Below, one piece after another: positions 13,739-25,956 of a DNA stretch of 64,000 bases. Made by a program: the position numbers and the translations under genes. The stretch lies in the NCBI RefSeq assembly GCF_006345805.1, contig NC_043000.1, positions 23,064,001 to 23,128,000 on the forward strand, written 5' to 3'. Position 1 is the first letter of the stretch. Every line of letters begins with the position of its first letter. The notes beneath the pieces were generated by a model. The model worked only from the letters and a program-made list of their open reading frames with translations, was not told where the DNA came from and did no database searches. Source of the DNA: Octopus sinensis. Its lineage: Eukaryota.

Positions 13739-13825
13739 TTTCACCTGAACATTGTGAATGTATCAAACGATTGGAAAACTCTTATTTCAACTTCATGTTC
13801 AAGAGATCTACTGTTATTTCATCAG
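13739..13825 (+). other. Candidate upstream (5' UTR) exon
   Basis: Pyrimidine tract, ctacag|...tcatcag|gtatat, in a largely repeat-free 12.8-14 kb island. No transcript evidence. Confidence 0.3.
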
Positions 13826-16800
13826 GTATATTTTTAAATATATTCATGAATTACATTATTTTTAGTTGCCAGACGATAATTTGTTTACAGTTTTTTGCTC
13901 TTGTTGTTGTTGGCTTTTTCCTAGATTTGTAAGTTAATAATCATATAAGTAGTGTACTTATCTGAAGAGTGCTTTATTTATTTATTTATTTGTTGTTTGT
14001 TTGTTTGTTTGTCTCTACATTAAACAGGATAGAAGTAATGTTTGGCTATTTCTGTAATGATTACAATATTGGTATCATTCTTTGATACTTATGTGTCAAC
14101 ATAATAAACAACCGTGGCCTTGACAGACACCAACGTGTTAATTGTGCTAATTACAACAGTACAGTTAATAATACTCATTATAGTAATTGGTTATTGAGAC
14201 AGGATATCTCTAAGTTAAACACATGATTCCTTTCTTTCTATTTACAATTATATATCTCTATAAATTATGAAAATGATGATATATAATTTCAAGTGTTTTC
14301 TCCAGTTCAAAAAGTTCAACTCTATAATTAATATTCTTTTCTACTCAAGGCACAAGGCCCGAAATTTTTTTTTTTTGGGGGGGGGGCAATCGATTTGATC
14401 GACCCCAGTACGCAACTGGTACTTAATTTATCGACCCCGAAAGGATGAAAGGCAAAATCGACCTCGGCAGAATTTGAACTCAGAACGTAAAGACAGACAC
14501 ACGGATTAAGTCGATTGTATCGACCCCAGTGCGTAACTGGTACTTATTTAATCGACCCCGAAAGGATGAAAAGCAAAGTCGACCTCGGCAGAATTTGAAC
14601 TCAGAGCGTAAAGACAGACGAAATACCACTAAGCATTTCGCCTGGCGTGACTCTATAATTAATGATTTTGACGACCAAGTGAACCCTAGTTGACCAGACT
14701 TATGATAAAGTTGTCTTTGTAGTTTTATCTTAAGTTCTTTTAGATGGCAGGTGTATTATTTGGTGCAAATTTTAGCAGGTCATTCAACCATGTACATGTT
14801 ACCTCGTTAGTTCTGTAGATACGAGGCCAGATATCTTACAGAACCAATATATATATTTAATTGGCTAAATATCAATATGTTGCTGGTGTTTATTTTACCA
14901 TCTGCAGAATAATAATAAATGGAAATAAACCTTGAGTTCGAAATAGGAAGATAAGGAGATGGTGGGACGTAAACACTGTCAGACATTGTTGTTAACCTGC
15001 CTCGTTATATATTGATAGTGATTTTTTTACAGTCACAAGCCATGAATTATAAAGAAGGGACTACAGTTCATTGCATCAACCCCTATGCATTACTGGTATT
15101 TAGAGGGATAAATGGTAGGTTTAGAATGTAGGATATGAAAAGGTGTGATTGAACACGACAAAACATTTTGTATGGAATTCCACCATCTTGATTTCATACT
15201 TTGGCTCAATACCACCAATCTGTGTGGGTGTGTTTTCATTTTCTGTTAAATGCTTTAGAATCACTCACTTGGTAGGAAGGCGAAAAGAAAAAAAAAGCGT
15301 CTTGATCTCTGCATAATCTTTTACACGATCATTCACCCTTTAGATTTATTTTTAAAAGCTCTTGTACATTTTTATTGTCCCAAATATCAGGATCTGCTAT
15401 CTCTTTAGCATATGATTAATGAAGCTGTATTCTTTCTCCAAGAGTCCCTGTTTAACCATACTTTGTTCTAGATGGGTTGATACTTCTTACCCTGAGGTGA
15501 AAATGTTTTTGTGTGTGCATGTGCAACATACGTATGAATATAAACTAATTAAACTAACTCAGTATATTATAGCATAATATTGTTTATCGACCCTAGAAAA
15601 ATTAAAGGAAGTTGAGCTTCGGTTGGATTTTAAACCATTATTTAATAGACCATAAATAAATGTGACCACCAACCTTAATTATTGATTAAATCATAGTAAT
15701 ATCAACTCATTTTAACATATATATTGTTTTATAGGCGATATTTATGTATATACACATGAACTATATTTGATTCAGTATTAAAACTTTTGTTATTTGTATC
15801 ATTTCCTTTTTCTTTATAAACCTTCTCTAGACTTGTTACAAGAGATATTCCCCTTATGTGTGTGTGTATATATATATATATTATGTATCATCATAATCAT
15901 CATCGTTTAACGTCCTCTTTCCCTGTTTTTACAGTAAACAGGATAGAAGTAATGTTTTGCTATTTGTGTACTGATTACAATATTGGTATCATTCTTTGAT
16001 ACTTATGTGTCAACATAATAAACAACTGTGGCCTTGACAGACACCAACGTGTTAATCTGATCTAGCAATGTTCCTACAGCTGGATGCCCTTCCTAATGCT
16101 AACCACTTTCCATGTTAGATGGTTTGACTGAGAACTGGCGAACTAGATGGCTGCACCAGGCTCCAGTCTGATCTGGCAGTGTTTCTACAGCTGGATGCCC
16201 TGCCTAAGGCCAACCACTCCGAGGGTGTAGTGAGTGCTTTTACGTGGACTGTGTGTGGTAAGTAGCTTGCTTCTCCCAACCACATGGTTCTGGGTTCAGT
16301 CCCACTGTGTGACACCTTGGGGAAGTGTCTTCTGCTATAACCTTGGGCCAACCAAAGCCTTGTGAGTGGATATGGTAGACGGAAACTGAAAGAAGTTTAT
16401 TTTATATATGTGTGTATGTATGTATTTGTGTGTCTGTGTTTGTCCCCCCACCCCATCGCTTGAGAACTGATATTGGCATGTTTATGTCTCCATAACTTAG
16501 CGGTTCAGCAAAAAGAGACTGATAGAATAAGTACTAGGCTTACAAAGAGTAAGTCTTGGGGTCAGTTTGCTCGACTAAAGGCGATGCTCCAGCATGGCTG
16601 CAATCAGATGACTGAAACAGATAACAGAATAAAAGAAAAGAGTATATGTGTGTATGTACAATTCTTTTATTCTTTTACTTGTTTCAGTCATTTGACTGCG
16701 GCCATGCTGGAGCACCACCTTCAAACAAAAAAAAAAAACTCCACTGCCCCGGGTGAGGCAGTGATCTTTAAAATATGATAATTTATTACATCTAATTCAG

Positions 16801-16970
16801 TATAGTGATTGAGTGGTATTTTAAATGATAATCATTGAACCAAATGCAATTATAGCAAGTTTAAAACTCTTTTCATACAAATCCACCTGAGTCTACATTG
16901 TTTAATGTGTTCATCTTTAGATCATATCATTCAGAATTGTTGTAGCATCAGACAAATAGCTGCCCCTATA

Positions 16971-17154
16971 TACCGTATTTTAACATGTATAAGGAACCCT
17001 ATTTTATCAAAACTTAGGTTAAAAAAATATGGGAGTTTCTTATACATGGATAGTATTATAATCCCTTACAACACCATTTTTCCAAATTTTAAGCCCCCCA
17101 AAATTAGGGGTTTCCTTATATACAAGGGTTCCTTATACATGTTAAAATACAGTA
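16971..17154. mobile_element. Pogo/Tigger-like MITE, complete
   Basis: 29-bp TIR TACCGTATTTTAACATGTATAAGGAACCC with 1 mismatch and TA ends; a truncated copy lies at about 18481-18580. Confidence 0.88.
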
Positions 17155-20078
17155 ATTCTGCCTCTTTACATTCAGTGTTCAAACCCTACCTAGGTCAACT
17201 TTGTTTTTTGTGTTTTCATGGTCAATGAAGTACCTATTGAGTACAGGAATCCATAGTGTTGACTAAGGCCATCATCATCATTGTTTAACGTCTGTTTTCC
17301 ATGCTGACATGTGTTGGATGGTTTGACTGAGGTCTGGAGAGCCAGGAGGCTGCACCAGGTTCCAATCTGATATAGCAATGTTCCTACAGCTGGATGCCCT
17401 TCCTAATGCTAACCACTTCGAAAGTGTAGTGGGTGCTTTTTATGTGCCACCAGCGCAGGAGCCAGCCAGGCGGGCCTGGCATCGATCACATTTGGATGCT
17501 GCTTTTTAAGTGCCACTGGCACATGAGCCAGTTGGGGAGGGAGTACTGGCATCAGCCATGATTGGATGGTGCTACTTACGTACCACAAGCATGAGAGCCA
17601 GTCAGGCAGACCTGGCATTGACCACATTTGGATGATGATTTTTACATGCCACCGGCATGGGAGCCAGTCTGGGGCTACTGGTATTGACTACATTCGGTTG
17701 GTGCTTTTTACGTCCCACCAGCACAGGGGCCAGTTTGGTGGACCTGGCATCGACCACATTCCTCTCTTTAAATTGCTAGCCTTGTGCTGAAATCATAAAA
17801 TATTAAATCACAACCTTTTGTTGTAAGAATCTTTGAATCTTTTGCACAGATATAGCTGTGTAGGTAAGAAGCTTGCTTTGCAACCACATGGTTTTGGGTT
17901 CAGGCCTACCACGTGGCACCTTGGGAAAGTTACCCCAAGTCAACCAATGCATTGAGTAAATTTGGTGGACAGAAACCATGTGGAAGCCCATGGCATATAT
18001 GTATGTGTGTGTGTCCTCACTCCAAACACTTAACTGAGTGGGATGTTGGTTTATTGCAGGTTTCAAGTTAGTTTTGAGGGAAGGGGCAAGGTCATCACAT
18101 CAACCACCAGTGCTAGACTGGTACTGTATTTTATTGACCTCAAAAGAGATGAAAAGCAAAGTTGACCATGGTCAGATTTGAACTCATAATGTAAAGAGCC
18201 AGTAGAAATACTGCTTAGCATTTTGTCCACCATACCATTCTGCCAGCTCACTGCCCTGCATATCTATTCTGTTCCTTTTTTTTTAATAGACAAAAGTTAT
18301 TTGAAGGAGATTTGGCTGCTACTTCTAGTAAGCCAGGCAACTATGTGGAAGTGCTCTCATTGTCTTAACAGCCAGTGTGGTGTTGTTTTTGTTGCTTAAC
18401 CCTTGATCAGCCCTGACTGAAGAGAACTAGAAGACATTCAAGTCATGACCAACTTGTTTACGCGTATAAAGAGGCAGAATTACCATATTTTAACGTGTAT
18501 AAGGAACCTCCTAATTTGGGGGGGGGGGTTAAAATTTGGAAAAATGGTTTCATAAGGGATTATAATACTATCCATGTAGGAAATAGGTAGAAAATTCGAG
18601 CTGGATATGGCTGGTTTAAATGCTACAGGGTTCATATATGTGTGTGTGTGTATATATATCAATATGTAAGGGTAAGATCCAGGGATCCAAGTGTTGGAAG
18701 CTTGTCTAATGTATTTGTTTTTATTTGAGATGATATAGTGTGATTCGAGAGAGATTTGGCTGTTATTTATAACAGACATTGATAAAGCATTTTTTTTACT
18801 TGCCTGTATCTAGATTTATCTCTGGAAAATAACGTAGCACTCCTGTTTCATTGTTGCTTAATTAAATGCAGGAAGGATGACAAAGTTGTTAGTGATATGC
18901 TTCAACAAACCCCCATAACAATATCTAAATCTTTTCAAATATCTCCTGTATAATAGCATAGACTGTGAATAAAAACTGAAGCAAAATAAATATCTGAGGT
19001 TAAGGTGAGGCTAAAACCCAATGTTCTACATATGTGCTCGCTCACACACTCATTAACTTCTACAAGGAAAAGATTTTTCCTTATAAAATTTAATAGATTG
19101 TACTCCACTAAAAAGTATTGAGTAATTCTTCAGTCTAATGTTGAATTGTTTTTATATGTAACTTGACATAAAAGCACACTTTAGCCCTTTAGTGCTCAGA
19201 TTGCTCTGTGAAATGTAAAGCTTATTTATTCATATCATTTGGAATTAACCATGTATGATCTTATAGTCTTGCGATTTGAATGGTCTGAATATTATTTATA
19301 AAATGTTATCGTGGGATGGGTGTGAGAGGCTGGACCTGGCCTGTTTGAACTTAAAATAGGTAGAAAATTCTGGCTGGATATGGCTGGTTTGAATGCTACA
19401 GGGTTCATATATGTGTGTTGTGTGCATGTGTAACTGGCATCCATGCTAGTGGAGCACTAAGAGCACTATCCAAGCATGATCATTGCCAGAGCAGCTAACT
19501 GGCTTCTGTGCCAGTGGCACATAAAAAGCACCATTCGAGCATGATTGTTACCAGCGTGGCATTACTGGCACTTATGTTGGTGGCACGTGAAAAAAAAAAT
19601 TGAGCAAGGTCATTGCCAGTGCCGCTGGACTGGCTCCTGTGCAGCTGGCACATAAAAAACACCATTTGAGCATGGCCATTCCCAGTACCACCCGACTGGC
19701 CCTTGTACCAGTGACACATAAAAGCACCCACTACACTCTCGGAGTGGTTAGCATTAGGAAGGGCATGCAGCTGTAGAAATTCTGCCAGATCAAGATTGGA
19801 GCCTGGTGCAGCCATCTGGTTCGCTAGTCGTCAGTCAAATTGTCCAACCCATGCTAGCATGGAAAGCGGACGTTAAAAAATGATGATGTAAGGGTAAGAT
19901 CCAGGGATCCAAGTGTAGGAAGCTTTTAAACTTCAAGCAGTCCATGACAGGTATATGATGAAGAACAATAACAATTCATTGGCATCAATTCCTTGCCCCA
20001 CAAGGAAATTTGATAAGCTGAAAGTTTGTGTATAGCTCACAGTTAGCAACCACTGTTACTACAGATGCGAATAAAACA

Positions 20079-20374
20079 CCAAATTGAGGGAGAGGAATGG
20101 GCATAATTCAGGCATATGTTTCTTAGCTAGATGATCCTCGGATGTAATAATTACTCGGTAAAGGGTACACAGCTTAGCTCATCATCAAGCTGAGAATACC
20201 TTAATTAGATATAGGTTACATTGTCACTTAGAAATTTTAAGTGCAACAATATAACCTTCATTTAATTAAGGTATTCTCAGCCTGATGATTAGCTCAGTTG
20301 TGTACCCCTTGCTGAGTAATTATCAGCTAAGGGACATATGCCTGAATTAAGCCCATTCCACTCCCTCAATTTGG
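20079..20374. repeat. 296-bp fold-back palindrome
   Basis: Arms of about 135-150 nt are reverse complements around a ~7-nt loop at 20231-20237. Confidence 0.9.
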
Positions 20375-20396
20375 ATAATCCTTATAATCTTTCTAT

Positions 20397-20431
20397 GTTT
20401 CTGACGAAGAGCTCTGCTCGAAACGTTAAAT
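20397..20431 (+). ncRNA. Minimal type I hammerhead ribozyme-like motif (Penelope LTR type)
   Basis: GTTT-CTGACGA-A-GAGC(TCT)GCTC-GAAA-CGT-T-AAAT: intact core, 4-bp stem II, palindromic ACGT stem III, 4-bp stem I. Tandem copy at 20512-20546. Confidence 0.6.
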
Positions 20432-22500
20432 CCTCCTTTTTTCTTTCCTTTTCTGAGTGTCCAATAGCACTGTACTCCGTCTTCCCTTCCTTGGACCTTT
20501 CCTTTTTCTATGTTTCTGACAAAGAGCTCTGCTCGAAACGTTAAATCCTCCTTCTTTCTTTCCTTTCCTGAGCGTCCAATAACACAATACTTGTTCCACG
20601 TCCTCGCGTTGTTGACATTTTGTTAGGGAGAGTGTTGAGTAAAACAGCTTATGGTACTTGACCCAACTTCCTGTACTCTGAGTTCAAATCCAAATATCAA
20701 TCAAAGCTGTGGATGTGTAGAACTGTTAAACCGCCAGACAGGATGTCTTGCAGTTTGTGTTCTGATGGCAATGATGCCAAGCTTTTACAGCCTTGCTTTA
20801 TTCCTGTACATCACCAATGCCATGGACAGAAGAAACATGCATGTACAGACAACTGCTAGTCTTCCATACACACCACACACACACACAAAAATCTTATTTG
20901 GGCCAGCAGCTTAGAGAGGAATCTGTCAAGTGCAGAAACCCATGGTCAGCTATGACTGAAGGAGGCCTTTGTATATCTAACTGGAAAAAATATATAGAAT
21001 AGAGATATTGTCCACATTATGTTACAACCGTTTCCATATAATGATTATTTATTTACATCATTATGTATTACATGATCTTGTTACATAAACAGACCATTTC
21101 ATCAGGCATATTTCTACTATTGACAAATGTACTGATCTGTGAATAATCAAATAGCACATTGCAAGAAGAGTGTTTAGAAAACATTAGGTGTCCCTCTGCA
21201 TACTAATTGAGGGGAGAGATTAATTTAAATTTAACCAATCAACTGGCATTATCAGTTGAGATCTAACAGTAAGAGGGCAGCCTTTCAAAAAGACTAAAGA
21301 AGGGCTAGTTTAAGTCTACTAATTAACCAATAAATGCTTTTTCTGATCAAGCAAAATCAATATTAATTTGAAACTAAGGGGACCTGTGAATATTTCACAG
21401 AATTAATGGTAAACCTATTAGTTTGTTAGAGACAGTATAAAGCTGGTGACAAGAGATGGGCATTCAGTCCAGTTGGCTGTCTCTCCATCTATTTTGGTAT
21501 CATTGCTTTTCCTCTACATTTCAAGAATACTCATTTACAGCTAATGGGCTGGAGCAACATGAAATGAACGCATTGCATTACCTGATCTGGGAATTGAAAC
21601 CATGATCTGGCTATTGTGAGTGCAACACCCTTACCACTAGGCCATGTGACTTTGTGTTGGTCCCCCAAATTCATATTCCATTTGATATATTCATCAAACC
21701 CATGCAAGCTGGAACAAAATGGGTATAAATATGAATGAATCTTTTAGAAACTTGTAAGGGCTTATATTTTCGGCATTTCTATTTCATTCAGAACCCTACA
21801 GATGCTACTCTTCAGATACCTTATTGAGATAAACTGACACTAGGTGGGAATGGTGAAAAATGAAATGAATCATCATCATTTGATGTCCATTTTCCATGCT
21901 GGCATGGGTTGGACAGTTCAACAGGAGCTGCACCAGGTTCCATTGTCTGTTTTGGAATGGTTTTCCTAACACTTTACAGTGTTCTAGGTGTTTTTTTCTG
22001 TGGCACCAGTACCAGTGCTTCTATGTTTTCACCACAGCCTCTGAAATGACGCGCTGTGGAGAGCATCTTTTTAGGAAGAAAAATTATGAAATTTCCTTTT
22101 TTTTTTTTTTCTTTCTTTTTATTATTATTTTTTTTTTTTTACACTTCACCACCTCGCTCCGGACCAATTTGCAATTTTGCTCAATTTTTTTGGCACTGCT
22201 CACTTAAAAACCATGGGAGAAGCCCTTTTGGTTAAAAAAAAGTAAATATTTTCAGATGAAAAGGTGTGTAATTTAAGGGAGATTTGGCTGTTGTTTCTAG
22301 CACATCCCACGACCACCTTCCTCGTTTCTTCGTTACTCTCACATATATTTATGCTTTTCAATATTTTCTCTCCAGAAGTAACACATGCGCGGTCCATTGC
22401 TAAAATATAAGCAACAAAAACAAGTTGTAATTTAGATTTTTAAGCCTCCGCCCGCACGCACACCGAACCAAGCGAGGCCGTGTGTATGTGTAAGAAAAGT

Positions 22501-22885
22501 GGAGGTGCAATGGCCCAGTGGTTAGGGCAGCGGACTCGCAGTCGTAGGATCGCGGTTTCGATTCCCAGACCGGGCGTTGTGAGTGTTTATTGAGCAAAAA
22601 CACCTAAAGTTCCACGAGGCTTCGGCAGGGATGGTGGTGATCCCTGCTGTACTCTTTCACCACAACTTTCTCTCTCACTCTTACTTCCTGTTTCTGTTGT
22701 ACCTGTATTTCAAAGGGCCGGCCTTGTCACTCTCTGTGTCACGCTGAATATCCCCGAGAACTACGTTAAGGGTACACGTGTCTGTGGAGTGCTCGGCCAC
22801 TTACACGTTAATTTCACGAGCAGGCTGTTCCGTTGATCGGATCAACCGGAACCCTCGTCGTCATAACCGACGGAGTGCTTCCATG
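22501..22885 (+). mobile_element. tRNA-derived SINE, third family (representative)
   Basis: tggcccagtgg A box and gtttcgattcc B box. Other approximate copies: 29500-29810+, 33600-33865-, 58960-59450+. Confidence 0.8.
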
Positions 22886-24859
22886 TGTAAGAAAAACAGC
22901 GTTATTTCTCACTTCCTAAGAGCCTATCAACGAGGTCATGCGGTGCTGTGCAAGGGAAATAACCCCCATCGATTTAAGTGCTAAGGGACATAACCTAACA
23001 ACTATTTATACTGAACTGCTTTCAGACAGTTTTTCTAAATATTTATACTGAATTTGCATTAAAATTCGCGAGACGAAACGAAACACTGTGCGCCACCACC
23101 ATCGCCATCATTCCGCCCCATTTGGCTCTGTTTTCAAATAAGAAATCAAGGATTTAAACTCGTTTCTGAGTTAAAATACAACTTGAGCCAATATTGTATT
23201 TAGGCGCAGTTGTGCCTATGCGTTAAGAAGTTTACCTCCCAACTACATGGTTCTGGGTTCCGTCCCACTCCGCAGCACATTGGGCAAGAATTTTCTTCTG
23301 TGTTCATATATATATATATATATAGGGGTGGTCGTTATGCCCCCGTAGCTTAGCGGTTCAGCAAAAGACACAGGTGGGGGTGGTGTTGTAATTTGTCTGA
23401 CTAAAATTCCTCAAAGTGGTGCACCAGTATGACTACAGTCTAACGACTGAAACACATATAGATAGAGAATTCAATGGGAGTCAACAACATAATAATCAGC
23501 TATATAAATGCTTGGTTATATTCGACCTGGTGGTAGCCCAACTTGCAAGAAATAGCTGGCAAATCTCCTTTGAGTCACACCCTACAATTTTAAGGAAATG
23601 GAGAGAATATTCATTTATACCCTAGATTTGATTTTAAGTCTACAGGATGAAGGTTGATCTGGGCTAAATAACGACTAAGATAAAATAATCATAAATGCCC
23701 TGATGCAGCACCAGGCAGTAGCTCTCACAGCTCCTTATCTTAACTGATTGGAAGTGTTAACATGTGCATGTAAAATATTTTTTATTGCCCACAGGGAACT
23801 AAACATAGGGGGGACAGACAAAGGGATTAAGTCGATTATATCGACCCCAGTGCGTAACTGGTACTTATTTAATCGACCCTGAAAGGATGAAAAGTAAATT
23901 TGAACTCAGAACGTCACAGCAGACAAAATACTGCTAAGCATTTCACCCGGCGTGCTAACAATTCTGCCACCCTGTAAAATATTGCAGATTTGCTTGTCAG
24001 TTTCCTAACCTTAACCACTTATGCATGTCCCTTAGTGGCTGATAATATGTGCATCTCTGGTGGGGGAGCATCATAGCCATGTGTTGAGAGGGATTCTTGG
24101 GTGTTTGAATTATTCATCTTGGGAACATGGATATTTCATTCATCAAACTTAACCCTTATTCAAGGACCTTTTGAATGGGATGGGATACTTGACCTGAAGA
24201 AAATTCTAACTGGGCCCCACCTGCAAAGTCATGCACTGTTCATCTTGATATTAGGCCACCATTTCGTGCACATATGGTTGTGATACATATACCTGGTGTA
24301 CCCTTATTAGATGCGTAGTCACGATGGGTACATTGGGATTTGTACTCCAGCACACTTTGATAGCATGCACTGCTCTCTAAATCAATAATAATAATCCTTT
24401 CTACTTAGACATAAGGCCTGAAATTCTGGGTGAAGAGAATAGCTGATTACATTGACCTCAATGTTTAACTGGTACTTACTTTATCAACTTTGAAATTATG
24501 AAAGGCAGAATTCAAACTCAAAACATAAAGCCAGAAGAAATGTTGCAAGGCATTTCACCCTGCATGCTAATGATTCTAGCACCTTATTGTATACAGTGCT
24601 CAGGTACTCATTAGAAAACATTATATTTATAAGATGGAGCAGAAAGCAGACAAAATGTCAAGTAAAGAAAGAACCTAGGGGAAAATAGAAGTACATGCAC
24701 AGAATGAAACACAAGAACATCGAAAAGTGAGCATTACAAGAGTCATGAGAGCACAGATGCATCAGGAGTAGTGTTGGTGAATTTCAGGAAGCATGGAACT
24801 TTTGAAGATGCTATGTGGTCTGGTTGCTGGGGTCATGCACTCTCTGCAGAAGCCCCTTG

Positions 24860-25150
24860 GTGCCACTATTCTATCTCCCAGAAGGTGAAGTTCTGCATCT
24901 GCAGCACATTGGGCTGCTCCTTTCTTCTCTCTGGAGAATGTGGCCCATCATGAAAACTTTTGTAAAGAGGATCAATGACTTCAATAGCAAAGCCCTGTGA
25001 ACCATCAAGAGCATTAGATGGTACTGTCACATTTCCAACAAAAAACTGTGCATGCATCAGCTCACAGCTTTCTGCCTCATAGCTATTTGTTGTATGTGCC
25101 GATATGGACATGTCCTCTACCTCCTTCAAATCTAATGATCCTCCCATGGC
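24860..25150 (+). mobile_element. RTE-like LINE C-terminal fragment
   Basis: WPIMKTFVKRINDFNSKAL*TIKSIRW...RYGHVL resembles the RTE post-RT region. Confidence 0.6.
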
Positions 25151-25854
25151 CTTAAATAAATATCTGTTCCACTACGTGCATAAAGAAACACCACTAAGAA
25201 ATAACAGCTTAAAACAAATGTCTACACCACAAAGAATGCATCATAAAATGGCTTGTGAAGTTGTACGTTCTATGATGAAAAGAAAAAAGAACACATTCCA
25301 TGAATTTCCTCCAGACTGTAATTATTTCCATTTTTAATGAAATGTCTCACTTCAGAAAATGTTTATACTATGCTGATGGTTTCTAAAAGGAATGAAATAG
25401 TGCTAGACATGATTACCAACATCTAGAAATTTTAAGTACTTTGTATTAAGTGAACAAAATTAAGTATGTGAATTTTATGCATCTTTTTCTTTATAATTCC
25501 TTAATTTCAAATTTATAATCCCGCTTCATTGTATGATGAAATGGTTATCTCCCTGGAACTGTTAGGGGGAACCACATGTACTTTTTGCTCATTTAAGGTA
25601 AAGATTATAACAAAACAACTGTCAAGACCACTGTCTTAAAAAGTTTAATTTCCATTTATTTTTTCTTCTCTTTTTTTTCATTCCAGGGGTCCCAAACCCA
25701 AGCATCCCCAGATCAAACCAGTACCAGGAGAACAGTAACATTACCAAGTGTTTGACTATGATACAGAAGTCTATATGTGAGCCCCATGCTGAGTAAAAAG
25801 ATAATTAAGAAACTGTAGAATTTAGTACTGGCTTCATAGTATATTTTATATAAA

Positions 25855-25956
25855 ATGGCTCAAAAGCAGATGCTGAAAACTACACATCATATTTACTTTA
25901 AGGAGGACTTGGTGGCACATGGTTCAACTTGTGAAGTTTACAAAGGTTATAATAAG
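25855..25956 (+). CDS. TBK1: Kinase coding exon 1 ([34 protein letters not shown])
   Basis: ATG at 25855 follows an in-frame TAG (25837); donor AAG|gtaaga. The exon probably starts at 25687 after a polypyrimidine tract and ccag. The second ATG (25870) gives 87 nt, matching the recalled first coding exon of vertebrate TBK1. Confidence 0.85.

Noticed and set aside
20281-20330. CTGATGA inside the palindrome as another hammerhead
   Set aside because: No stem II or GAAA follows at a suitable distance.
22501-22580. tRNA genes at SINE heads
   Set aside because: A/B boxes are present, but each continues into a shared non-tRNA body and I could not build a full cloverleaf.
24866-25147. 93-aa minus-strand ORF as a neighbouring gene
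   Set aside because: It is antisense to an RTE fragment recognisable on the + strand.
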